This document shows positions 43,814 to 53,140 of a stretch of DNA of 64,000 bases, piece after piece. The translations under genes and the position numbers were made by a program. The stretch lies in IMG/VR virus record IMGVR_UViG_3300046522_000316, positions 96,001 to 160,000 of that record; one strand, given 5' to 3'. How positions within the stretch are numbered: the stretch's first letter is position 1; each line of letters begins with the position of its first letter. The notes below the pieces were generated by a model that was not told the DNA's origin, did not search any database, and saw nothing but the letters and a program-made list of their open reading frames with translations. This DNA comes from a virus (Duplodnaviria > Caudoviricetes).

Positions 43814-44630
43814 TATTTCGCAACGGTTTGTAAAAACCGGTGACTTTTTTCTGTTGGTGGATACTGACCTTCGCGGTGGTTTCCGGATTGTAAGCAGCTT
43901 GACCGAACGGGACGCAATTCCGATTCAAGCGCGTAAACAAGGCATGATGGTTCGCGTAATTGAGGCGACCGGAATCACTAACTGGGAACTGGGTTTCGGG
44001 AAACCGATTACCAACGCCGGTTGGGTTGAAGCGAGTCTCGGCGGCAAAGGGGATTATATTCCAATTGCTGGCGGTGCCCTCGAAGGCGAAATCAAAGCGA
44101 ACGAATTCGGTTCGGTAAATTTCAATGACACGTTGAAAATGGAATCGCTCGACGGGAATTTGCAGATGACGCGAATGACCCCGCAGGCACAGGATGATCC
44201 CGAACCGCGTGGCATGCTGACCTTCAACAACGGTCGTGAAAACACCGTCGAAATCAATACCGAAATCGGGCAAATGGTTTGCAAAACCGAAGTGGCGCTG
44301 TCGTCTGATCGCACACTGAAAACCGAAATCACGCGTATTGAAGGCGCGGTGAAAAAGATCCGCCGTTTGTACGGCTACACGTTCAAGAAAGTCGGCGCAG
44401 GTAATCGCCTGTTCATGGGCCTGATTGCGCAGGAAGTAAAACAGATTATGCCGGAAGCCGTGACCAACACCACGGACGGCAAACTGGCTGTGTTCTACGG
44501 ATCGCTGGCCGGTGTATTTGTCGAAGCTTTCCACGAAATCGACGACCGCCTGAAAGCAATCGAAAAATCGGTTGAAGAAATTCGTTTGCATCTTGACCTC
44601 GATAAGAGCGACGAAAGCGATGGGGTGTGA
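43803..44630 (+). CDS. Short tail-fibre-like protein with C-terminal peptidase S74 chaperone domain
   Basis: SSDRTLKTEI...GLIAQEV...PEAV...Y..L....VEAFHEID. Confidence 0.8.
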   Translation: MATNISQRFVKTGDFFLLVDTDLRGGFRIVSSLTERDAIPIQARKQGMMVRVIEATGITNWELGFGKPITNAGWVEASLGGKGDYIPIAGGALEGEIKANEFGSVNFNDTLKMESLDGNLQMTRMTPQAQDDPEPRGMLTFNNGRENTVEINTEIGQMVCKTEVALSSDRTLKTEITRIEGAVKKIRRLYGYTFKKVGAGNRLFMGLIAQEVKQIMPEAVTNTTDGKLAVFYGSLAGVFVEAFHEIDDRLKAIEKSVEEIRLHLDLDKSDESDGV

Positions 44631-45078
44631 ATACGGCCCCAGCCCAATTTTTACGGTCGTTGCTTCGGAGATTCCTAACTCGGGCAAACGACCAGACACA
44701 CCGAAACCAGAAATAAACGAAGTGGGCGAATCGGCATGCGTTACCGGGCTTTCCAGTCTGGCACAGCGCCTGACGCAGGATATTCTTGTGGCCCATGAGC
44801 GCGTGCATTACGGATTTCCAATGCCGCAATTTCTTTTGCTCGCCCATGAATCGGAATTCGATCATCCAGACTTGGCGATTGCACAGCAGCTGCACCAATA
44901 TGTGGAATTTCGGGATATCACAATCGGTTATCCGCTGTCGATCAATGCGTATTTGTATATCACTGATCCAGCGGCTTACGGATTGCCACGCGGCTTAACT
45001 GAGGAAGAGGTTCTGAATAGTTTTCTTCGGAATTCTGTGCGGATTACCTACATCGTCAAGAATACGGATTTAAAATAA
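44620..45078 (+). CDS. Hypothetical protein
   Basis: ORF filling gap, TAATG-coupled to next gene. Confidence 0.6.
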   Translation: MGCEYGPSPIFTVVASEIPNSGKRPDTPKPEINEVGESACVTGLSSLAQRLTQDILVAHERVHYGFPMPQFLLLAHESEFDHPDLAIAQQLHQYVEFRDITIGYPLSINAYLYITDPAAYGLPRGLTEEEVLNSFLRNSVRITYIVKNTDLK

Positions 45079-46403
45079 TGGCAAACTATCGCTACATGGG
45101 TGAGCGTGACCTCGAATACACGGACGCCAGCGACGAATATGATCTGCATTTTGTGCAAGGTGATTTGTTCACCATGTACCGCCACGGGCAGGTCTACATC
45201 GTTCAGCATTCCGACGCACCTGAAGTTATTTTCAAACTGAAACTGAAGCAGGGCAATGACCTGCACAACATGAGCGAAGAGCTTTTGTCGGTCGAAACCG
45301 ATCCGGACAATCCGCCGTACATGTTGTTCAAACCGTCGTTCGAAATGATGCCGTTGCTTTACGATTATTTCAACCGCACTTATTTCAACAACGAATGCCC
45401 GGTTGTGAAATTCCGCAAGACTACGAAAAGCACTGTGTGGGGAATGGCGCAGCTGGAATGGCTCGGTAAAAAACCGGTTTACACGTTCTTCGTGAATGAA
45501 AGCGCAATGATCGACCGCGTGCTGTTCTCGAATACCGTTCTGCACGAACAGATTCACCTTCGTAACTTCGCGAAGGGTTACAAGTTGATGGACATTGATC
45601 CAAGTTCGTCGAAGGATTATTTGCACGATGACCACGGCCCCCATTTCCAAGACGAAATGCGCCGCCTGAATGCGAAAGGCTTCCACATTCTGCTGGCCGC
45701 AACACACGAAGAATTCAAACGTGATGCAACGGAAGAATTCTACGCAATTGTTGCGCAGGAAACAGCGGGCGCTCGCGTCATGTCATGGAACGCGTGGTAC
45801 ACGGCGAAAGAACTTACCGCCGATGACGCCGAACGTCTGGCCGGGCAGCTGAAGGAAATCAACCCGCATGCGGAATACACGATTAAACTGATCAAGACAA
45901 AAGATCGGAACGTGACGCACGCGACCCACATCAAAGGAACGAAAACGTTTACCGATTCGACTTTGAAAAAGAAAATCCAAGGCGATATCGACCTGCGCAT
46001 GGCCGAGGTTTTGTACACGACCTATTTGCGTCCGTCGATTGCTGTGGAATTGCCTGATTACAAAGACGTGCCGGATCTGTACGCGTTGCCGCTGGATAAC
46101 TTCTACAAATCCATGCGTAGCTACACCGATGACCGAATGGTGTTGCGCGCAAAATGGATGAAGTTTCCGGGCAAGCTTTTGAGTTCCCAAATCGACAAGA
46201 AGTTCAGCACCTTGATTGGTCGCATGGGCCGGGACTCAATCCACGATGACGACGTGGTGAACATCCTGAACGATATCCGCGCAGCGTATGCGGATCGTTT
46301 TTCGTACCAACAATATGTGGACGCCATGCATGCGTTCATCAAGAAATATGATCGCAAAGGCCTGCTTGCAGAGTACGCCAAAATTATGCGACTGATTGCG
46401 TGA
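45078..46403 (+). CDS. SprT-like zinc metalloprotease domain protein
   Basis: YFNRTYF...WG.A...TVLHEQIH...HGPHF. Confidence 0.8.
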   Translation: MANYRYMGERDLEYTDASDEYDLHFVQGDLFTMYRHGQVYIVQHSDAPEVIFKLKLKQGNDLHNMSEELLSVETDPDNPPYMLFKPSFEMMPLLYDYFNRTYFNNECPVVKFRKTTKSTVWGMAQLEWLGKKPVYTFFVNESAMIDRVLFSNTVLHEQIHLRNFAKGYKLMDIDPSSSKDYLHDDHGPHFQDEMRRLNAKGFHILLAATHEEFKRDATEEFYAIVAQETAGARVMSWNAWYTAKELTADDAERLAGQLKEINPHAEYTIKLIKTKDRNVTHATHIKGTKTFTDSTLKKKIQGDIDLRMAEVLYTTYLRPSIAVELPDYKDVPDLYALPLDNFYKSMRSYTDDRMVLRAKWMKFPGKLLSSQIDKKFSTLIGRMGRDSIHDDDVVNILNDIRAAYADRFSYQQYVDAMHAFIKKYDRKGLLAEYAKIMRLIA

Positions 46404-46419
46404 CAAAAGGGGATTGACG

Positions 46420-46995
46420 GTGGCTTACACAAAGCGACGTAGAAGCAGCACGAAACAATCGCGTGCCAAAAAGGCATACGAAAAGAAAACAGCCCTTCCG
46501 GAAACAACAGTGAAAATGTCCCGCAGTGATATCACCAGCGCGCTTATGCAGGCGCTGACTTATTACTACGTGAAGAAAACCTGTTCGGTTCACAAAGAAG
46601 TGGGCGTGGTGCCATGGGGCCGGTCGCGACTTGATGCATTGGTTATCGACTATCCCGGCAATTTCCACGGGGTTGAAATCAAAAGCTGCTTGGCAGATTT
46701 CCGCGCTGATAAAAAATGGCGTGATTATTTGCCACACGTGAACAAGATGTATTTCTTGTTTGCACCGTCAATCACTCAATCGCGGTGCTATCCGGAAATT
46801 CGCGCAGAACTGAAAGCAGAGGGTGTGGGCATTCTGGTTCTGAGCGAAACCACCGGGCGTATTTCGTGCAGTCAGAAAGCGAAGCATCGGCCTGTCGCAA
46901 TCACTGCAAAATTTCGCATGTATCGCAAACTGGCTTGGCTCGCGGGTGACGCTAAGCACACCATTACCAGAACGCAGCGGGTGTTTTTGAAATGA
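46420..46995 (+). CDS. MmcB-like PD-(D/E)xK nuclease
   Basis: RLDAL...GVEIKSCLADFRADKKWRDYL...KMYF. Confidence 0.8.
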   Translation: MAYTKRRRSSTKQSRAKKAYEKKTALPETTVKMSRSDITSALMQALTYYYVKKTCSVHKEVGVVPWGRSRLDALVIDYPGNFHGVEIKSCLADFRADKKWRDYLPHVNKMYFLFAPSITQSRCYPEIRAELKAEGVGILVLSETTGRISCSQKAKHRPVAITAKFRMYRKLAWLAGDAKHTITRTQRVFLK

Positions 46996-47603
46996 TCGGG
47001 AAATTTATTGCACTGGAATCCATCGAAGCAGCCGGTAAAGGAACTGCCTCGATTTACGTTGGTGATCATGCAAAGAAACGCGGGTTGGAAATGATCTTTA
47101 CCCGTGAGCCGGGCGGCACTCCATTTGCTGAAGCGATCCGCACGCTAATGCTTGATAACGAAGGGAAAATTCCCGCGTTGTGTCAACCTTTCCTGTCGTA
47201 TGCTTCCCGCATTCAACATACCGAACATTTGATTCGTCCGGCGCTGGAACGTGGCGCGCACGTTTTCAGTGAACGTTATTACTGGTCAGCACTCGCTTAC
47301 CAAACGCGCACCTGTGATCAGACGTGGGCCATTCACGAAATGTGTTCGGAACATTTGATCAAACCTGATCTGACAATTCTGTTGGATCTGCCGCCAGAAG
47401 TCAGCTTCCAGCGTATGCACGAATCCCGCGTTGCAAAGGGAATCGCTCTCGATGAATTCGAGAAAAAACCTTTGTCTTATTTCGCTGAAGTGCGTGAGGC
47501 CTACCACAATCTGATTGATGATTCGTGGGTTGTGATCGACGCACAGCAACCCCTTGAAGAGGTGCAGCGCCAAGTATTGGCACTGATCGACCGAACGGTG
47601 TAA
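46992..47603 (+). CDS. tmk: Thymidylate (dNMP) kinase
   Basis: FIALESIEAAGKGT, TREPGGT, ERY..S.LAYQ, PDLTILLDLP. Confidence 0.88.
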   Translation: MIGKFIALESIEAAGKGTASIYVGDHAKKRGLEMIFTREPGGTPFAEAIRTLMLDNEGKIPALCQPFLSYASRIQHTEHLIRPALERGAHVFSERYYWSALAYQTRTCDQTWAIHEMCSEHLIKPDLTILLDLPPEVSFQRMHESRVAKGIALDEFEKKPLSYFAEVREAYHNLIDDSWVVIDAQQPLEEVQRQVLALIDRTV

Positions 47604-47605
47604 AA

Positions 47606-48031
47606 ATGAAAATGATGCTCGCATTAGCGGCCAGTGGTAAAAAGTATTTGTCGGGCGGGCTGATGATTCGGTTGGCCCGGAACTACCCGGATATTCGCGA
47701 CCTCGGTAATCGCCTGCTGCGTCTGCCCATTATCCCGCGTGGGAATTTCGTTCCCAAATTGCCTAAAGGTGATGACCACCTGATCAAGTTTGCAGAACAG
47801 AATAAGTTCTCGCTTTATTACGGTTATCGCGTGTACAAAAACGCAGAAGGCAAAGACCAAATGGAATCTTTGCTGATGTGCGTGGACGACAAGGGCCGCG
47901 TAGTTGAAACCGAAGAAAGCCGGTTGGATAACACGTCGAGTTATGTAGGAATGCGTATCCCGACTGACGATATCAAAAGCCGTCGCTACGCCAACAAATT
48001 CAACCGGATGGATTACCTAAAGGCCCAATGA
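47606..48031 (+). CDS. Tagged hypothetical protein (MKMMLALAA)
   Basis: Shared N-terminal tag. Confidence 0.75.
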   Translation: MKMMLALAASGKKYLSGGLMIRLARNYPDIRDLGNRLLRLPIIPRGNFVPKLPKGDDHLIKFAEQNKFSLYYGYRVYKNAEGKDQMESLLMCVDDKGRVVETEESRLDNTSSYVGMRIPTDDIKSRRYANKFNRMDYLKAQ

Positions 48032-49713
48032 TGGAAATGACAATTGCAGCCTCAGTATCGCCGCCCGGTGCAGCGGATGCGTTCATTAAACTTTTGATCG
48101 CGATTTACAAGGCGCCCGAATTCGACTACGGTACGAATTTTCAAACGAAATTGAAGAAGTGGAACGAACAAGCGCAGCCGTTCCTTGAGCAGTACGCGAT
48201 CAAGCGCACCTTTGCCAAAACTTTGTCGATGTTGGTCAATGGCGAAGACGTATCGAACGAGAAATATTCGATCATCGTGAAGGGCTGTTTCGACTCCCTG
48301 AAAAAGAAAAAGAAATCGTTCGATAAAGACAAAGGTTTGTCCAAGCTGCAATTGAGTTTCCTGAATGACGTGCGTCTGGCCTACAACGGATCGTCGGGTG
48401 CGGGTAATCGCATCATGCAGAACGTTGGCTATTTCAAAGATTCGCATATCAGCAAAATGTTTTTGCACGAAGGCGAACACGTTGACACTTCGGTGCAGCA
48501 ATCGCTTTATGATCGCCTCGAAGAACACGTGAAAACTCACGGCAAAGTGAAGGGCCACGTGATGCCGAATACCACGCTTGAGAAATGGCGTGATAAGGCG
48601 AAAGAAGTGGGCGGCAACCTGACGGAACACCAAGACTATTTGGACATGCGCCGCCAGCGTAAAGCCATCGCAGATAAAGCGATTGCGAATATAGTTCGGG
48701 CATCCGGTGAACACATTGTGGACGTGGACGTAATCCGCGAACAAATGAACGGCGTGCAGCACGATATTCCTGATTGGTTCGTCGGCAAGATCGACGACAA
48801 AGGGAATTACTTCACCACTGACGGTTTGCAACTGCTGAATAAACCGATTGGTGAAGGTTCGATGAACCCGAATTACAAAGCGGGATCGACCGTTTACTAC
48901 TGCCAGTACAAAGCACCATTTGCTGCAAATCTTTCGAACGTCTACACGATTGCAGCCCGTACCGAAGGCCGCGTGCAGTCTTTTAACGTCGTGCAAAACA
49001 TGCTGCCCGATGTGACGAAGTATGTGAAAAAATGGTTGCCTGATTTGGCTAAGGGGCCGGGATCGTTGCGTGGTGTTGCTGCTGCCGTTTGTGAGACGAT
49101 TTACCAGACAAGTGCGCGCATCGGTTCGACCCGTGGCAACACAGCCGGGGAAACGACCTACGGCATTTCTACGCTGCTGCGCAAACACATTCTGTTCAAT
49201 GATCAACGTGCGATTTTCAAGTACATCGGCAAGAAAGGCGGTGCGCAGAAACACGTGATCAAATTCGAAGATCAGCGGACGCAAATGCTGCATGCTGCAC
49301 TTGACGAATTCCTGTACGAGAAAAAGCCAGCGGAATATGTTTTCACTTTCCGTGGCAAACCTCTATCGAACAGCCAAGTGAACGGCTACCTGCGTGACCT
49401 CGGATTTCCTGAAGGTTTCAGCATTCACAAATTCCGTAAGCTGCGCGGTACAGCGATGGCGAAATTGCTGATGGACAAATGCCCGTTTGGTGCCCGCGCC
49501 CGCGATGCTGACGTAAACAAATGGATCGAAACGCAGTGTTTGAAAATCGGTAAGGAACTCGGTCATTTGGCCGGGGAGAAAGTGACGGCCACCACGGCAA
49601 TCGCGAACTATATCGACCCTTCGGTATTCCTGCCGGTCTACGAAAAAACGAACACGCGTCCAAACTCCAAAATCCAAAAAGCGATTGACCTCGCTACGAA
49701 GAGTGCAGAATAA
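48028..49713 (+). CDS. DNA topoisomerase IB with long N-terminal extension (MMEMTIAAS)
   Basis: SARIG (R), YIGKKG (K), IHKFR (R), ELGH (H), ANYIDP (catalytic Y). Confidence 0.9.
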   Translation: MMEMTIAASVSPPGAADAFIKLLIAIYKAPEFDYGTNFQTKLKKWNEQAQPFLEQYAIKRTFAKTLSMLVNGEDVSNEKYSIIVKGCFDSLKKKKKSFDKDKGLSKLQLSFLNDVRLAYNGSSGAGNRIMQNVGYFKDSHISKMFLHEGEHVDTSVQQSLYDRLEEHVKTHGKVKGHVMPNTTLEKWRDKAKEVGGNLTEHQDYLDMRRQRKAIADKAIANIVRASGEHIVDVDVIREQMNGVQHDIPDWFVGKIDDKGNYFTTDGLQLLNKPIGEGSMNPNYKAGSTVYYCQYKAPFAANLSNVYTIAARTEGRVQSFNVVQNMLPDVTKYVKKWLPDLAKGPGSLRGVAAAVCETIYQTSARIGSTRGNTAGETTYGISTLLRKHILFNDQRAIFKYIGKKGGAQKHVIKFEDQRTQMLHAALDEFLYEKKPAEYVFTFRGKPLSNSQVNGYLRDLGFPEGFSIHKFRKLRGTAMAKLLMDKCPFGARARDADVNKWIETQCLKIGKELGHLAGEKVTATTAIANYIDPSVFLPVYEKTNTRPNSKIQKAIDLATKSAE

Positions 49714-49715
49714 AT

Positions 49716-50000
49716 ATGGAAATGATGCTGGCAGTTGCCAACGAAAATCGCAACCCTGTTTCGGTAGACAAATTGCCGAAAGGTTCCAAGGTCACTCATT
49801 TTGTGCTGTATCACGAAGGCACTTTTAACATCTTGGGGCGTGGTCGTGCCGCTACCGCCAAACAGGCGACAAAACAAATGGATCGCCTTATGTCGCTGGG
49901 GATGAAAGCGGATCTTGCGCTTTACGCAGAAGACGGCGACCGCACGGTTTTGCTGCGCGAAACGTATATCCTGAAACGTACCGGCCCTGAGAAGGTTTAA
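49716..50000 (+). CDS. Tagged hypothetical protein (MEMMLAVAN)
   Basis: Shared N-terminal tag. Confidence 0.7.
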   Translation: MEMMLAVANENRNPVSVDKLPKGSKVTHFVLYHEGTFNILGRGRAATAKQATKQMDRLMSLGMKADLALYAEDGDRTVLLRETYILKRTGPEKV

Positions 50001-50003
50001 CAA

Positions 50004-50375
50004 ATGGAATTGCTGATCGCTGTTGCGTCGAACAAAATCGACAAAGGGAATTTGATTCCCGCCGATACGAAAATCCAAGCGTATTCGATCCACGACAACC
50101 ATTCGGAAAAATATCTGAACGCTGGTTCGCATGCGCCGTGCAGTGCGGCCCAAGCGCTGAAGAAAATCAAAGAATTCACCAAACAATACGGCGGCGTCAC
50201 CGTGCTGTTCGACCTGCTGGAACCTAGCGGGCGTACCATCCGCGCCAAGCGTTCTTATTCGATGAATTATGGCGATTTGATTCAGCCGTATCGCGGTACG
50301 GAAACCATCCTGCAAGATGTTATGGCACCAACGCCGAAACCTACGAATCAGGCAAAGAAAGTTCGTCACATTTAA
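50004..50375 (+). CDS. Tagged hypothetical protein (MELLIAVAS)
   Basis: Shared N-terminal tag. Confidence 0.7.
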   Translation: MELLIAVASNKIDKGNLIPADTKIQAYSIHDNHSEKYLNAGSHAPCSAAQALKKIKEFTKQYGGVTVLFDLLEPSGRTIRAKRSYSMNYGDLIQPYRGTETILQDVMAPTPKPTNQAKKVRHI

Positions 50376-50394
50376 TAAAAAGAGCGTGGGACAA

Positions 50395-50700
50395 ATGGAC
50401 GTATACGAAAGCGGTGTTTGTATTGGTCAGCGCGGCGAACAAGGCCCGGAAGGCCCACGCGGCCCCTGTGGCCCTACTTGCAAGGGGCCTGAGTGCGGCT
50501 GTGGCAGTGTGTGCGGGCCTATTGGTCAGCATGGCTTTCCGGGTGCAGATTGGAACGATGGAAAGGGAGGTGATCGTGGAATTCCCGGCCCCGACTACGG
50601 CGGCGATAACGCTGGCCCATCGAAGAAAGAAGCTCACGCTATGCCGTGGTATGTCGCACACGTAATGCGGCAAACGCGCCGTCAACAACGGGTGAATTAA
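50395..50700 (+). CDS. Small Cys-containing collagen-like (Gly-X-Y) protein
   Basis: GQR GEQ GPE GPR GPC GPT ... GPI GQH GFP GAD. Confidence 0.7.
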   Translation: MDVYESGVCIGQRGEQGPEGPRGPCGPTCKGPECGCGSVCGPIGQHGFPGADWNDGKGGDRGIPGPDYGGDNAGPSKKEAHAMPWYVAHVMRQTRRQQRVN

Positions 50701-51129
50701 ATGGAAGTGAATATCGCATTAGGTGCGAGTCCGAATCAGGTTTATTTGTTCTTCGATAAACTGCGTCTGCGCGGATTCGAATTGAGTGAATCCAAATACG
50801 GGCACCCGAAAGCCATCCGCAAATATTACGACTTGTCCGGGCATTACAAATGTTCGGTAAATGTCGGCACCTACAAATTCGGTGAAGGTGCAGGCTGGTA
50901 CGAATACACAGTGTGGGTTGAATCTGCTGTGAAAGACGCAGTGACCGGCGAGCCTGTGGCAGCGGAAGAACTGAAAAACGGTTATTCGTTTACCACGCAG
51001 GACAACGAACGCATTACGCTTTTCACTTATTTCCTCGACTCGATTCTGACGCAGCCTGAATGCGTTGGCCTACCAACTCCGCTTGCCGTGGATGAAGTCC
51101 GCGAAGGCGAATATCGGATTAAATTTTAA
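50701..51129 (+). CDS. Tagged hypothetical protein (MEVNIALGA)
   Basis: Shared N-terminal tag. Confidence 0.7.
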   Translation: MEVNIALGASPNQVYLFFDKLRLRGFELSESKYGHPKAIRKYYDLSGHYKCSVNVGTYKFGEGAGWYEYTVWVESAVKDAVTGEPVAAEELKNGYSFTTQDNERITLFTYFLDSILTQPECVGLPTPLAVDEVREGEYRIKF

Positions 51130-51395
51130 TGGAAATTCAAATGGCTTTGGCCGCGAATAAAAAGCTGGTTCCAACCGGCACCACCATGGCAGGTTTCGAG
51201 ATTCAAAAAGACGGTAGCCCCATGATGACCATCGGCGGCAAATCCACTTGGCCGAGGATCGAAACGCAATTGGCACAGCACATTAAACTGGTCGGTGACG
51301 TGCATCTGGTGATCTGGATTCGCGACAAAAACGGCGACATGACCACGACCAAAACCCTTTACGGCCTCGACGGCGATCAAGTGGTGGAAAAATAA
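51129..51395 (+). CDS. Tagged hypothetical protein (MEIQMALAA)
   Basis: Shared N-terminal tag. Confidence 0.7.
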   Translation: MEIQMALAANKKLVPTGTTMAGFEIQKDGSPMMTIGGKSTWPRIETQLAQHIKLVGDVHLVIWIRDKNGDMTTTKTLYGLDGDQVVEK

Positions 51396-51827
51396 ATGAA
51401 AATGGAAATCGCAACCGCTGCTGAACCGACAATGCTGCCGAGCCGCTACGCCATTGGCGAGCCTGTGTTTTTTCACCCGGCAATTCACGACTTCACGCCG
51501 GAACAAATCCAGAAAAACGCACTGAAAGCCAAAATCATGGGCGTGCGTTTCACCAAAGAAAAAGTGCTGTACGAATTGGCGTTGGATACCGCACTTGATC
51601 CGGGGCCTGCCGAATATTACGAAGCAATTCCACTGGCTGACGTGGATTCGTATTTCGTGCTGAACGCAGCCGATGCAATGGACGGCGACCGTTTGCTGGC
51701 CGACGTTTCCTACATGGCGACTGGCTCCAGCAAAACCCGTACACCACAAGAAATCCGCAAGTTCGCTCAATTCTTTTTGGCGGTTGCGGCTGACCTTCCC
51801 GAACTGCGTAAAGAACAGGGCAAATAA
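51396..51827 (+). CDS. Tagged hypothetical protein (MKMEIATAA)
   Basis: Shared N-terminal tag. Confidence 0.7.
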   Translation: MKMEIATAAEPTMLPSRYAIGEPVFFHPAIHDFTPEQIQKNALKAKIMGVRFTKEKVLYELALDTALDPGPAEYYEAIPLADVDSYFVLNAADAMDGDRLLADVSYMATGSSKTRTPQEIRKFAQFFLAVAADLPELRKEQGK

Positions 51828-51829
51828 AA

Positions 51830-52219
51830 ATGGAAGTGATGATCGCCCTCGGGGCCTCAATTAAAGTCAGTGACCGGGGCGAACATTTCGGTAAAGAATT
51901 TCGTTCCGAACACGGTTACATCTGCGTGAAAACAGGCGGGCAATTCTCGCCATGCAAACACAGCGTAACCGATTACGTGGTTAACGAAGAATCACGCGGA
52001 CAGGGCCACGGTGATTTCCTGCTGAAGGGAATTGTGCGCACGTATAAATCGGATATCGGCGGGCAGGTTAGCAGCATTGCCAGCCTGCACGTGTTCTACA
52101 AAAACGGGTTCCGACCAGCACTCAAACTCGATGCAACTTTGGAAGAGACGAAAAAGCTTTTCAAAGATGAATGGGGTAGCCTGCTGATGGTTTATAAACC
52201 GGCGAAGGATTTCACTTAA
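51830..52219 (+). CDS. Tagged GNAT-fold acetyltransferase (MEVMIALGA)
   Basis: YVVNEESRGQGHGDFLL...VFYKNGF. Confidence 0.7.
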   Translation: MEVMIALGASIKVSDRGEHFGKEFRSEHGYICVKTGGQFSPCKHSVTDYVVNEESRGQGHGDFLLKGIVRTYKSDIGGQVSSIASLHVFYKNGFRPALKLDATLEETKKLFKDEWGSLLMVYKPAKDFT

Positions 52220-53136
52220 TGGAAATGCAATTGGCGTTGGCCGGGAGTTCCGTACTCTATCATTTGATCCCGATGGAATACGCAATTGAAGCAATGCAAA
52301 AAGACCGCTTCCGGCTGATGCCAACCAACGAAGGCGTCGAGTCTGAATTCGGGGATGCTCAATATTTCCTGAGCCTTGCACGTTCGAAACTTTCCGATTA
52401 TTTCATCAAAGAAGCTGGCTCGACGCACGTCATTTTCGTGCTGGACGGCCAGAAGCTGAACGCGAATTACCAAATCAAAGCGGTCGATTATTGGGCGAGC
52501 CAAAAGCACGTTTCCAACGACGAAAAAGAAGACCGCCTGTTCGCAAACAAAATGTACATTCCGTGCATTCGATACATCAAAGAAATCCATTTCATGAAAG
52601 AAAGCGGCAAGTACAAGGAAAACGAATCGTTAACCTTGGCGCTGCTGGCAAAACGCAACAAGATCCAGCTGTTCCAGTACGACGATCAAAAGGCATTTGT
52701 GCGGCTTGATAAACGCAAGACAATCAAGCTGGAAGTTTCCAACATTAAGAAAAAGAAATTCGGTAAGAACGAATGGACGCCCGGCCCGGACTACACGCTA
52801 GAAGCGTGGTATGTCGCATCGCAAATCGTGTTCAAGGGTGACAAGCCGCATTACACGCAATTCATGGCCGGGGCCAAGCACAAAGAAGAACGCAAGGCCC
52901 GCGAACGTGTGGCCCGCGATATTCGAAACCTGATTAAATATCGGGATGTAGAAGCGGGGCCTGTGCGTGACTTCAATCAGTTGGCGGGGTTCCTCAAAGA
53001 TCCGCACGACGCCGAATTTCTGGAAAAGATCAAGCGTGTGAAACGTCGCCTGAAGACCGACACCAAAGGATTTCTTGATTACGTGCGCAAGCGCTGGATG
53101 ACTCAAGAAGAAAAAGAAATGCACGGCTTGGAGTAA
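52219..53136 (+). CDS. Tagged protein with possible ADP-ribosyltransferase fold (MEMQLALAG)
   Basis: LYH ... FLSLARS ... VDYW...DEKEDR. Confidence 0.4.
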   Translation: MEMQLALAGSSVLYHLIPMEYAIEAMQKDRFRLMPTNEGVESEFGDAQYFLSLARSKLSDYFIKEAGSTHVIFVLDGQKLNANYQIKAVDYWASQKHVSNDEKEDRLFANKMYIPCIRYIKEIHFMKESGKYKENESLTLALLAKRNKIQLFQYDDQKAFVRLDKRKTIKLEVSNIKKKKFGKNEWTPGPDYTLEAWYVASQIVFKGDKPHYTQFMAGAKHKEERKARERVARDIRNLIKYRDVEAGPVRDFNQLAGFLKDPHDAEFLEKIKRVKRRLKTDTKGFLDYVRKRWMTQEEKEMHGLE

Positions 53137-53140
53137 ACGC

